Below, piece after piece: positions 7,918 to 16,689 of a DNA stretch of 45,260 nt (positions are counted from its first letter, which is position 1; each line of letters opens with the position of its first letter). The stretch is from assembly GCA_964624815.1 (NCBI GenBank), contig CAZUZH010000002.1:10049-55308 (forward strand), written 5' to 3'. Made by a program: the position numbers and the translations under genes. The notes under the pieces are model-generated. The model saw nothing but the letters and a program-made list of their open reading frames with translations, had not been told where the DNA came from and searched no databases. The DNA comes from an uncultured Candidatus Saccharibacteria bacterium. GTDB lineage: Bacteria > Patescibacteriota > Minisyncoccia > Minisyncoccales > CAZUZH01.

Positions 7918-8811
7918 ATGACAAATTTTACTCGCTACAGAAAAACATATTTTATATTCTCAGGTGTTCTAATCATCGCAAGTATTGCTGCTATCATTAT
8001 TTTCGGTCTGAATCCCGGCATTGATTTTACTGGCGGCAGTCTTTTAGAAATAGGGTATAAAGACGAAAGACCATCGATTGAAACAGTAAAAGAAAAACTG
8101 TCTTCTTTTGAATTTAAGGAAATGTATATTCAGCCAGTTGGGGAAAAGGGAATTATTATGCGAATTAAAGAAAAAGACCTTGATATTGATACCCAGGAAA
8201 AAGTTCTTGAAAAACTTAAAGAGGGTGGTGAAATAGAAGAAAAATCAGCCGGATTTGAAGCAATTAGTCCTATAATTGGTGGAGAGTTAAAAAAGAAAAC
8301 CAGAATCGCAATCTTTTTAGCCCTACTGGCAATAGTCTTGTATATTGCCTGGGCATTTCGCAAGGTTTCGCAGCCGGTTCGGTCTTGGCAGTACGGTATA
8401 GCGTCTTTAATAGCCTTGGGTCATGATGTTCTAATCCCTTTGGGAGTTTTTTCCGTATTAGGCCATTTTTATGGGGTCCAGCTTACTGTTCCTATTGTTG
8501 CGGCGCTTTTAACAATTCTTGGTTATTCAATTAATAACACTGTGGTGGTTTTTGATAGAATTAGGGAGAATCTAATTAGGGGCCGCGGAGCTGATTATGA
8601 GGAAACAGTAAACATCAGTATCAGACAAACCCTCTCTCGTTCCATCAACACGTCTTTAACAACCCTTTTGGTATTATTTGCTATTTTCTTTTTCGGCGGT
8701 GAAACCTTGAAATATTTTTCTTTAACTTTAATCTTAGGAATATCTTTTGGCACTTATTCATCTCTGTTTTTGGCAAGTCCTATTATAGTGAGCTGGATTA
8801 AGAGAAAATAG
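7918..8811 (+). CDS. secF: protein translocase subunit SecF
   Basis: 297-aa ORF with GIDFTGGS and YSINNTVVVFDRIREN motifs. Confidence 0.9.
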   Translation: MTNFTRYRKTYFIFSGVLIIASIAAIIIFGLNPGIDFTGGSLLEIGYKDERPSIETVKEKLSSFEFKEMYIQPVGEKGIIMRIKEKDLDIDTQEKVLEKLKEGGEIEEKSAGFEAISPIIGGELKKKTRIAIFLALLAIVLYIAWAFRKVSQPVRSWQYGIASLIALGHDVLIPLGVFSVLGHFYGVQLTVPIVAALLTILGYSINNTVVVFDRIRENLIRGRGADYEETVNISIRQTLSRSINTSLTTLLVLFAIFFFGGETLKYFSLTLILGISFGTYSSLFLASPIIVSWIKRK

Positions 8812-8831
8812 TATGAACAGGAGAGAGAGAC

Positions 8832-8851
8832 GGGAAGGGGACGGGACGGGG
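8832..8851 (+). other. G-quadruplex-type motif GGGaaGGGGacGGGacGGGG
   Basis: Four G3+ tracts with 2-nt loops, read directly. It lies in a purine-rich block just after the secF stop. Confidence 0.4.
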
Positions 8852-9087
8852 AACAGGTGCGTTCCTGTCCCTAAGGGGTCGTGACAGGACGGACAGCATG
8901 GATTAGCACAGAGAGAATAGGGTTTGAGTTTTTTCACAGCTTATCCTTGCCCCAGTTAGAGATTTTGATGAGGTTAGAATAATAATAACAGGAAGAATGT
9001 TTAATAAATTAATTAAGAATTTCATCTGTGGGTAAATATCTCTAACAAGGTTGACAAATATTTATCGGTATGATATAAAGACATAAT

Positions 9088-10122
9088 ATGCCCTATAACT
9101 ACAAACAAATTTGTTTGGATTTGGTTAAAGATCTTAGTCCTAGAACTAGAGATATTGTTTCTCGGCGTTTTGGTTTAAAAAAGGAAAACCTGGAGACTCT
9201 TCAAACCATTGGAAACAGTTATAATATAACAAGGGAGAGGGTTCGTCAGATTGAGTCTGATGGTTTTAGAAAAATAAAGCCTATTTTAGCAAACTACGAG
9301 AATGCGCTAAATCATTTTCAAAATCATATTAAAGACTGGGGAGGGGTGAAAAAAGAGGACAGGCTGCTTTCAGATTTAGGCGGAGAAAAATTAAAGAATC
9401 AGGTTTTCTTTTTGTTGTCTGCGAGCGATATGTTTGAAAGGTGTTTAGAATGTAATGATTACCATACTTTATGGTCTATTGAAGAAAGTTCTTTGGCTTC
9501 AGCAGAGAAAATTATCAATTCTTTGTTAGATAAATTAAAGAAAATAAAGAGCCCGCTCTCAAAACAAGAACTTTTTGATATTTTACAAAAGGAGGGCGCT
9601 GTTTCAGAGACAAATAATTTTACTATTAAGGCCTTGTCTTCTTTTCTTGATGTTTCAAAAAACATCTGGCAGAGCCCTAATGGTTTTTGGGGTTTGCCAG
9701 ACTGGCCGGAGATTAATCCAAGGGGCATAAGAGATAAAGCTTACATAGTTTTTAAAGACCAGAAAAAACCTCTTCATTTTAGAGATGTAGCGGATTTTAT
9801 TACTGAATTGAAGCAAAACAATAATAAGGCCCTGCCGCAGACTGTTCATAATGAACTTATTCGCGACACCAGATTTATTTTGGTTGGCCGTGGAATTTAC
9901 GCCTTGAAAGAGTGGGGGTATGAGCCAGGAGTGGTTAAGGACATAGTTTCAAAAGTTTTAAAACAAAGCAAAAAGCCTTTGACCAGAAAAGAGATAGTAA
10001 ATCAGGTTCTTATCCAGCGCTTGGTTAGGCCGAGTACGGTTTTGGCTAATTTGCAGGATAGGGATTTGTTTATCAGAGATTTAGATGGAAGATACAAAAT
10101 AAAAACCAAAAATAAAATATAA
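9088..10122 (+). CDS. sigma-70 region-4-like HTH protein with HARE-HTH-like C-terminal modules
   Basis: The N-terminal segment TLQTIGNSYNITRERVRQIESDGFRKIK resembles sigma70 r4. FILVGRGIYALKEWGY resembles HARE-HTH. A TTGACA-17-TATAAA promoter lies at 9052-9080. Confidence 0.55.
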   Translation: MPYNYKQICLDLVKDLSPRTRDIVSRRFGLKKENLETLQTIGNSYNITRERVRQIESDGFRKIKPILANYENALNHFQNHIKDWGGVKKEDRLLSDLGGEKLKNQVFFLLSASDMFERCLECNDYHTLWSIEESSLASAEKIINSLLDKLKKIKSPLSKQELFDILQKEGAVSETNNFTIKALSSFLDVSKNIWQSPNGFWGLPDWPEINPRGIRDKAYIVFKDQKKPLHFRDVADFITELKQNNNKALPQTVHNELIRDTRFILVGRGIYALKEWGYEPGVVKDIVSKVLKQSKKPLTRKEIVNQVLIQRLVRPSTVLANLQDRDLFIRDLDGRYKIKTKNKI

Positions 10123-10279
10123 AAAATAAAAAACAAAGACGCAAAAATGTAAAAACCTTTGATTAGTTGTGATGTTTTGAATTTGTTCGTTTTTATATAT
10201 TTGTTTTTTATCTTTTATCTTTAATATTTTATATTGACTCAAGCCCGAGCTAAGTAAAACGAGTGAGGGCGAAAAGAAT

Positions 10280-11611
10280 GTGACTCCTCCAGAAATAGTC
10301 ATTGAGTTCGTTAAAAAAATAGGCATTCCTTTAGAACAAGGGGCTTTTGTTATAATTCTGGCAGTAATTTGGAGCGTTATTAAGAACTGGTGGTGGCTTT
10401 TGCTGCCTTTTTTACTTTACAAGTCCTTTTTGTTTTTCTGGCGCTGGTGGCGAATGGAGATTTGGGACAAAAAGCAGGAAAGAATACTCTTAGAAGTTCA
10501 GATGCCAAAAGAAGTTTTAAAACCAATTCAGGCTATGGAAAATGTTTTTTATGGTTTTTGGGCGATTTATGACGCGCCGAACTGGAAAGAGAAATGGTTT
10601 TTGGGAAAATTCCTTCTTTCTTTTTCTTGTGAGATTGTTTCTATTGGCGGATATGCTCATTTTTTTATCAGAATTCCGAAAGCTCTCCGCAATCTTTTTG
10701 AATCAAGTATTTATTCTCAGTATTCAGAGGCAGAGATTTTTGAGGCAGAAGATTATACCAAGAGAATTCCTTTAAATATTCCAAATAAAGACTGGGAGAT
10801 TTGGGGAACGGATTACCAGCAATTCAAGGAAGATATTTATCCAATAAGAACCCATAAAGAGTTTGAGGAAAAGAGCGAAGCAAAAGAAGAAAAAAGAGTA
10901 GACCCCTTAGCCAGTTTGCTGGAAGGTATGGCAAAAATTAAGGACGGAGAACAGCTTTGGGTTCAGTTTGTTATTAAACCAATCAGCCCGGCAGAGAATG
11001 ATTGGGTAGAACAGGGGAAGAAAGAGATAGATAAACTGGTTAAGAGAAATAAAAAGCCAGCGCCAAAGTCGATAATTCAGGAGGCAGCCAATATTGTAAT
11101 CAGCGGAAAGCCGGCCGGCGGAATGCCAGAAGAAGAACCAAAGATGTTTTATCCAGAAATGATGCTTACATCCGGCGAAAGAGAAGTAGTTTCTGGAATT
11201 GAAAATAAAATTAAGAAATTTGGATTTGAAACAAACATTAGATTTCTTTATTTAGCCAAAAGGGATATTTTCTTTAAGCCGAATGTAAAAATACCTTTGG
11301 GCTTTTTTAATCAATTCAGCACTCTTAATCTTAATGGGTTAAAGCCGTGGTCAAAAACCAAAACCACCGTTCATTACCCGCCATTTATGAAAAGAAGGCT
11401 TTACTTAAAGAAAAGGAAGATTTTCAGCAGATATATTCATAGGGTAAGTCCATTATTTCCAAGTTCTGGCGGAACTTTTGTTTTAAACACCGAAGAATTA
11501 GCTTCTTTTTTCCATTTCCCAGGCAGGGCAGTGGCTCCGGCTCCGAACGTTCCAAGAGTAGAAGCCAAGAAAGTGGAGGCGCCGCCAGGTTTGCCTACGG
11601 AGCAATCCTAA
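10280..11611 (+). CDS. membrane protein, unknown function (partner of downstream P-loop ATPase)
   Basis: 443-aa ORF with a GTG start and two N-terminal hydrophobic/Trp-rich segments. No motif I recognise. Confidence 0.6.
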   Translation: MTPPEIVIEFVKKIGIPLEQGAFVIILAVIWSVIKNWWWLLLPFLLYKSFLFFWRWWRMEIWDKKQERILLEVQMPKEVLKPIQAMENVFYGFWAIYDAPNWKEKWFLGKFLLSFSCEIVSIGGYAHFFIRIPKALRNLFESSIYSQYSEAEIFEAEDYTKRIPLNIPNKDWEIWGTDYQQFKEDIYPIRTHKEFEEKSEAKEEKRVDPLASLLEGMAKIKDGEQLWVQFVIKPISPAENDWVEQGKKEIDKLVKRNKKPAPKSIIQEAANIVISGKPAGGMPEEEPKMFYPEMMLTSGEREVVSGIENKIKKFGFETNIRFLYLAKRDIFFKPNVKIPLGFFNQFSTLNLNGLKPWSKTKTTVHYPPFMKRRLYLKKRKIFSRYIHRVSPLFPSSGGTFVLNTEELASFFHFPGRAVAPAPNVPRVEAKKVEAPPGLPTEQS

Positions 11612-11712
11612 GATAAAAAAACCAAAGATAAAAAACAAAAACATAAAAATCAAGGTTCTTGAGGAGCGAAGCGACGAAAGGTTCTTATTTTTAATATTTT
11701 ATATTAATATCT

Positions 11713-13365
11713 ATGAACGATATAACATTATTTGCAGAAACTACATATAGAAATATCCGAAAGCGGTTTGGCATAAAAACCGATGACAGACGCCGGCATA
11801 TGTATGTTGTGGGAAAAACCGGCATGGGAAAAACAGTTCTTCTTGAGAATATGGCTATTCAGGACATTCAAAATGGCCACGGCATTGGTTTTGTTGATCC
11901 TCATGGAGAAGCGGCAGAACATCTTCTTGATTTTATCCCGGCAGAACGGATTAATGATGTTATATATATTAACCCGGCCGATTTAGATTATCCTATTTCT
12001 TTTAACATAATGGAAAAAGTGGATGTTGAGCATCGGCATTTGGTGGCAGGCGGATTGATGGGCGTGTTTAAGAAAATATGGCCTGATGTTTGGTCTGCCA
12101 GAATGGAGTATATTTTAAATAATTGTATTTTGGCTTTGTTGGAATATCCTGGCTCCACTCTTTTAGGCGTTAATAGGATGCTTGCTGATATTGAATATAG
12201 GAAAAAAGTTGTTGATAAAATTACCGATCCAGTAATTAAGACTTTTTGGACGCAGGAATTTGCCCGATATACGCAGCGCTATGAAGTTGAAGCTACCGCT
12301 GCTATTCAAAACAAAGTGGGTCAGTTTATCTCTGTTCCTTTGGTAAGAAATATTATTGGTCAGGTCAGGTCATCCATTGATATGCGGGAAGTAATGGACG
12401 AGAAAAAAATCTTGATTATCAATTTGTCAAAAGGAAAAATGGGAGAAGATAATTCTCGTCTTTTGGGAGCTCTTCTGATAACTAAGATTCAGCTGGCTGC
12501 GATGCAAAGAGTTGATATACCGGAAGAAAAAAGGAAAGATTTCTTTCTTTACGTTGACGAATTCCAGAACTTTGCTACCGAATCATTTACTAATATTCTT
12601 TCTGAAGCCAGAAAATACCGATTGGCCCTTATTTTGACTCATCAGTATATTGCTCAAATGGAAGAAACAGTCAGGGATTCGGTTTTCGGCAACGTAGGCA
12701 CATTAGTTTCTTTTAGGGTAGGGGCAGAAGACGCTGAATTTTTGGAAAAAGAATTTTCTCCGGAATTTTATGCAACCGATATTGTTAATCTTGGCAAATA
12801 CAATATTTATTTAAAGTTGCTAATTGACGGCATAGCCGGCAGGCCATTTTCAGCTAAAACGCTTCTGCCTATGGTTAAGTCTGAATCTTCAAGCCGTGAA
12901 AAGATTATTAGTGTTTCTAGGGAAAGATACAGTACTCCCAGGAAAATTGTTGAAGAAAAGATATCCCGTTGGACAGGAGTATTAGAGCAGACAGAATCAG
13001 CTCAGAAAATAGAACAAACCCTTCTGCATGATGCCAGATGCTCTAATTGCGGAAAAGATATTAAAGTGGTTTTTGAACCAGATCCCAAAAGGCCAATTTA
13101 TTGCAAGTCCTGCCTTAAAAAAATTAAAACAGGGGACAGGGAAAAGATTCCATCGCCTACAAATCATAGTGAGGAGGTTCCCTCGTTTGCTTCTTCGTCA
13201 GAAATTTCTTTAAAAGAGGCTATCGGAAAAGAACCAGTCCCTTTTTCTAATTCAAAACACCAGCGTGAGAGAAAATCAGTTGATGTTGGAAATCTACGGA
13301 AGGTACTTCAGGAGGCGCTCGTCAAAAAGGAATTTGACGAAAAATCAGAAACAGAGTCGAATTAA
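11713..13365 (+). CDS. VirD4/TraD/HerA-like P-loop NTPase with C-terminal CxxC..CxxC zinc ribbon
   Basis: Walker A VVGKTGMGKT, Walker B FFLYVDEFQNF, LILTHQYIAQ, and a C-terminal CSNCGKDIKVVFEPDPKRPIYCKSC. Confidence 0.7.
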   Translation: MNDITLFAETTYRNIRKRFGIKTDDRRRHMYVVGKTGMGKTVLLENMAIQDIQNGHGIGFVDPHGEAAEHLLDFIPAERINDVIYINPADLDYPISFNIMEKVDVEHRHLVAGGLMGVFKKIWPDVWSARMEYILNNCILALLEYPGSTLLGVNRMLADIEYRKKVVDKITDPVIKTFWTQEFARYTQRYEVEATAAIQNKVGQFISVPLVRNIIGQVRSSIDMREVMDEKKILIINLSKGKMGEDNSRLLGALLITKIQLAAMQRVDIPEEKRKDFFLYVDEFQNFATESFTNILSEARKYRLALILTHQYIAQMEETVRDSVFGNVGTLVSFRVGAEDAEFLEKEFSPEFYATDIVNLGKYNIYLKLLIDGIAGRPFSAKTLLPMVKSESSSREKIISVSRERYSTPRKIVEEKISRWTGVLEQTESAQKIEQTLLHDARCSNCGKDIKVVFEPDPKRPIYCKSCLKKIKTGDREKIPSPTNHSEEVPSFASSSEISLKEAIGKEPVPFSNSKHQRERKSVDVGNLRKVLQEALVKKEFDEKSETESN

Positions 13366-13407
13366 ATGCATGGGCGAGGTTCTCTTGTCCTATAAATCAA
13401 TCAGTTT

Positions 13408-14481
13408 ATGAAAACCATCCGCGATTTAGATATCAAAAACAAAAGAATTTTAGTTCGCTGTGATTTCAATGTTCCCCTGAACAAAAAAGGGGAAATTTTA
13501 AATGATTTTCGGATAAGGGCTGGCTTGCCCACTATTAAATATTTAATTGAAAATAAAGCAACGGTAATTTTAATTAGCCATTTAGGCAATCCACAGACGC
13601 AGTCCCCACTTTTCGAGCGAAAAGTGGGGACTGCGTCTTGGCTTAGTTTAAAACCAATTGCGAAAAAATTAGAAAGATTTCTAAAGCAAAAAGTTAAATT
13701 TTTGCCAGATTGTATTGGAAAGGAAATAAAAAAAGAAATTAAGAAAATGAAATCCAGTGAAGTAATCCTTTTGGAAAATCTGCGGTTTCATGAAGGAGAA
13801 AAAGAAAACAATGAACAATTTGTCAGGCAATTAGCTAGCTTATCTGATATTTATATTAATAATGCTTTTGGAGTTTGCCATCGCAAGCATGCTTCAGTTA
13901 TTGGTATTCCGAAAATTCTGCCATCAGGGGCAGGATTTTTGTTGGAAAAAGAGATTAATATCCTTTCCCGGAGCTTAGAAGAGCCGGAAAGACCTTTGAC
14001 AGCAGTTATTGGCGGAGCTAAAATTGAAACAAAGACAAAAGCAATTGATGCTTTTTTAAAAAAAGCTGACTATTTGCTTATTGGCGGAAAAATAGCCTAT
14101 GACCCAAAACTTCAATGTGCCTCCGCAAAGAGGAGTCACATTGAAAAACTGCTGCTTCCTGAAGACAATATAAAGAATTTTGACATTGGACCAAAAGCTA
14201 TTAAAGAGTTTGTTAAAATTATTAAAAAATCGAGAACAATTATCTGGAATGGTCCAATTGGTATGTTTGAAGATAAAAGATTTGAAAAAGGAACAAAAAA
14301 AATTGCAAAGGCAATAGCTGAAAATAAAATAGCATTTAAGGTTGCTGGCGGGGGAGAAACCATTGAGGCAATTTATAAATATGGATTGGAGAAAAAATTC
14401 AACCATATTTCAACCGGCGGCGGAGCAATGTTAGCCTTTTTGTCCGGAGAGAAACTGCCGGGGATAGAAGCTTTAAAATAA
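13408..14481 (+). CDS. pgk: phosphoglycerate kinase
   Basis: 357-aa ORF with VRCDFNVPL, ISHLG and GGGAMLAFL motifs. Confidence 0.9.
   Translation: MKTIRDLDIKNKRILVRCDFNVPLNKKGEILNDFRIRAGLPTIKYLIENKATVILISHLGNPQTQSPLFERKVGTASWLSLKPIAKKLERFLKQKVKFLPDCIGKEIKKEIKKMKSSEVILLENLRFHEGEKENNEQFVRQLASLSDIYINNAFGVCHRKHASVIGIPKILPSGAGFLLEKEINILSRSLEEPERPLTAVIGGAKIETKTKAIDAFLKKADYLLIGGKIAYDPKLQCASAKRSHIEKLLLPEDNIKNFDIGPKAIKEFVKIIKKSRTIIWNGPIGMFEDKRFEKGTKKIAKAIAENKIAFKVAGGGETIEAIYKYGLEKKFNHISTGGGAMLAFLSGEKLPGIEALK
13595..13638. repeat. 44-nt palindrome (19-bp perfect arms, 6-nt loop) inside pgk
   Basis: agacgcagtccccactttt cgagcg aaaagtggggactgcgtct, read in frame as QTQSPLFERKVGTAS. Confidence 0.85.
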
Positions 14482-14482
14482 A

Positions 14483-15631
14483 ATGCAAATCAAAAACTTA
14501 AAAAAAGTTTCTAAAAGAATTAAAAAAGCAGTTGAAAATAAAGAGAAAATAATCCTTTTTGGAGATGTTGACATGGATGGTGTTAGCTCGGTTATTATTT
14601 TGAAAGAAACTTTAATGAATTTGGGCGCTGAAGGTATTATTTGCTATTTTCCAGACAGGAACAAAGATGGTTACGGAATAAATAAAAAAGCCCTGGAGCG
14701 TATTTCAGAATACGGAAAAGCTTTATTGATTGTCATGGATTGCGGAATAACTAATTTTGACGAAATAAAGCTTGCTAAAAAATTTGGTTTTGAAGTAATA
14801 ATTATTGACCATCACCAGATATTGGGAGGCAAACTGCCCCAAGCCTCAATTATTATTGACCCATTGCAAAAAGGAGATAAATATCCGTTTAAGAAATTAG
14901 CTACAGTTGGTATAGCTTACAAGCTGTCGCAGGAAATATTAGGGGAAAAGCTTTCCAAGGCGCTTAATAATAATTTTCTTGAACTTGTTGCATTGGCAAC
15001 TATTGCTGATATGATGCCAAGAGAAGAAGATAATCAGGAGTTTATTATCAAGGGCTTGGCTTCTCTCCAAACAACTTTACGACCCGGATTGAAAGTATTT
15101 TTTGAAATGGACTGGGCAAAAAACGCCTCTATTAATGAAATAGCGCAGAGAATTATCTCTACTATTAATATATCAGAACCAACTAAAGATAACTTAAATC
15201 AAGCCTATTTAATTTTAACTAGTATAGACAAACAAAAAGCTGATGTTTTGATTGAAAAACTTTTAGAACAGGGGCGGCAGAAGGGCTTTAGAATTAAGGA
15301 AATAACAGAAGAAGTTGAAGGGCGAATTTTCAAAAACCCAGAAGAGCCCGTTATTTTTGAGGGAGATTCTTCGTGGCAGCCGTTTTTGGTGGGAGCAATT
15401 GCTTCAAGGATTTACAATAAACACTCAAAACCAATTTTTATTTATTGCAGAATGGAAAATGAGAGCCAGGGTTCGGTTCGGACACCGAAAAATGTAGACG
15501 CAGTAAAACTTATGACTAAATGCAAGAAATATTTAATAACATATGGGGGCCATGCCCCTGCTGCCGGTTTTAGATTAAAGAATGAAAATTTAGAGAAATT
15601 TAAACAATGCTTAATTAAAAACTTAAAATGA
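14483..15631 (+). CDS. DHH-family phosphoesterase, RecJ-like
   Basis: GDVDMDGVSS, IIIDHHQ and GGHAPAAGF (DHHA1) motifs. Confidence 0.8.
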   Translation: MQIKNLKKVSKRIKKAVENKEKIILFGDVDMDGVSSVIILKETLMNLGAEGIICYFPDRNKDGYGINKKALERISEYGKALLIVMDCGITNFDEIKLAKKFGFEVIIIDHHQILGGKLPQASIIIDPLQKGDKYPFKKLATVGIAYKLSQEILGEKLSKALNNNFLELVALATIADMMPREEDNQEFIIKGLASLQTTLRPGLKVFFEMDWAKNASINEIAQRIISTINISEPTKDNLNQAYLILTSIDKQKADVLIEKLLEQGRQKGFRIKEITEEVEGRIFKNPEEPVIFEGDSSWQPFLVGAIASRIYNKHSKPIFIYCRMENESQGSVRTPKNVDAVKLMTKCKKYLITYGGHAPAAGFRLKNENLEKFKQCLIKNLK

Positions 15632-16083
15632 CAACAAAAAATGAAAACAAATTAATAGTTTATACTGATGGCGGTTCTAGAGGAAATCCTGGTCCGGCAG
15701 GTATCGGTGTGGTTATTAGTAATCAAAAAGGCGAAGAAATTAAAGGATATAGTGAGACAATAGGTGAGGCAACTAATAATCAGGCTGAATATCAGGCTGT
15801 TATTTGGGCGTTGAAAAAGATTAAGGCTTTGTTTGGTAAAAAGAAAGCTCAAGACATGGAAATTGAAATTAGAACAGATTCAGAATTAGTAGTAAAACAC
15901 CTTAATCACGAGTACCAAATAAAAGAAGAAAATCTCCAACTTTTGTTTTTAAAAATATGGAACTTAATGCTTAATTTCAAAAAAGTAAAGTTTACATCTG
16001 TGCCTCGTGAATACAATAAACAGGCTGATAAATTAGTTAATCAGGCATTGGACAACGAGGAAAAAAACCAATCTCTTTTCTAA
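15628..16083 (+). CDS. rnhA: ribonuclease HI
   Basis: VYTDGGSRGNPGPAGIGVV, NNQAEYQAVIWAL, TDSELVV and NKQADKLVNQAL motifs. The start overlaps the upstream stop (ATGA). Confidence 0.9.
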   Translation: MTTKNENKLIVYTDGGSRGNPGPAGIGVVISNQKGEEIKGYSETIGEATNNQAEYQAVIWALKKIKALFGKKKAQDMEIEIRTDSELVVKHLNHEYQIKEENLQLLFLKIWNLMLNFKKVKFTSVPREYNKQADKLVNQALDNEEKNQSLF

Positions 16084-16126
16084 GTTTTCAAGAGGGTTTC
16101 ATTCTATTATGGAACCCCTATTTTAT

Positions 16127-16155
16127 TTGACAAAGTCTTTTTGTTTTGCTATACT
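16127..16155 (+). promoter_or_regulatory. sigma70-type promoter TTGACA-17-TATACT for rnpB
   Basis: The hexamers place the transcription start at about 16162, matching the RNase P RNA P1 5' end. Confidence 0.55.
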
Positions 16156-16162
16156 TATAATA

Positions 16163-16560
16163 GCTCGGATAGAGAGATGGTCGCCCTACTAAAAATATGA
16201 AATTTTTGGCGGGGAGGAAAGTCCGGACACTCATTCCGAAAATATTTTCGGTCTAAAAAAGTAGCGGCTAACGGCCGTCCTCGCCAAAAATTTCATATTT
16301 AGGCGGGCGAGGTGCGAACAGAGACGCCGAGGCGCGAAAGCGCAAGGGTCCCGTTGAATGACGGGGCATTCCTACAGTAATGCAGGATTGAAACGGCTAA
16401 ATCCTTACTGAGTGCAAGATCAAACCTAAAAGGCAGAAAGCTTGTGTCTTTTAGGAAAAAGTGGATCGCTTGAGCTAAGAAGCAATTCTTAGCCTAGATA
16501 GATGACCATTACCAATTGCTTCGCAGTTGGCTACAGAATCCGGCTTATTATTTGTTCGAG
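16163..16560 (+). ncRNA. rnpB: RNase P RNA, bacterial type A
   Basis: P4 strands GAGGAAAGTCCGGAC (16214-16228) and ACAGAATCCGGCTTA near the 3' end. P1 pairing is ctcggata / tatttgttcgag. P2 pairing is gatggtc / gaccatt. Confidence 0.9.
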
Positions 16561-16570
16561 TTATTAATAA

Positions 16571-16591
16571 CAACGAGGTCCGACCTCGTTG
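16571..16591. repeat. REP-like palindrome copy (extended by AT arms)
   Basis: caacgaggtccgacctcgttg lies directly after rnpB and probably doubles as its terminator hairpin. Confidence 0.85.
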
Positions 16592-16689
16592 TTATTAATT
16601 TGTAAAATGTTTATAAAGATATTAAAATTAAGTAGACCTCTCAAAAAGTCATTTTTCGTATAAATTATTATTTTGAGAGAGGTCTTAAA

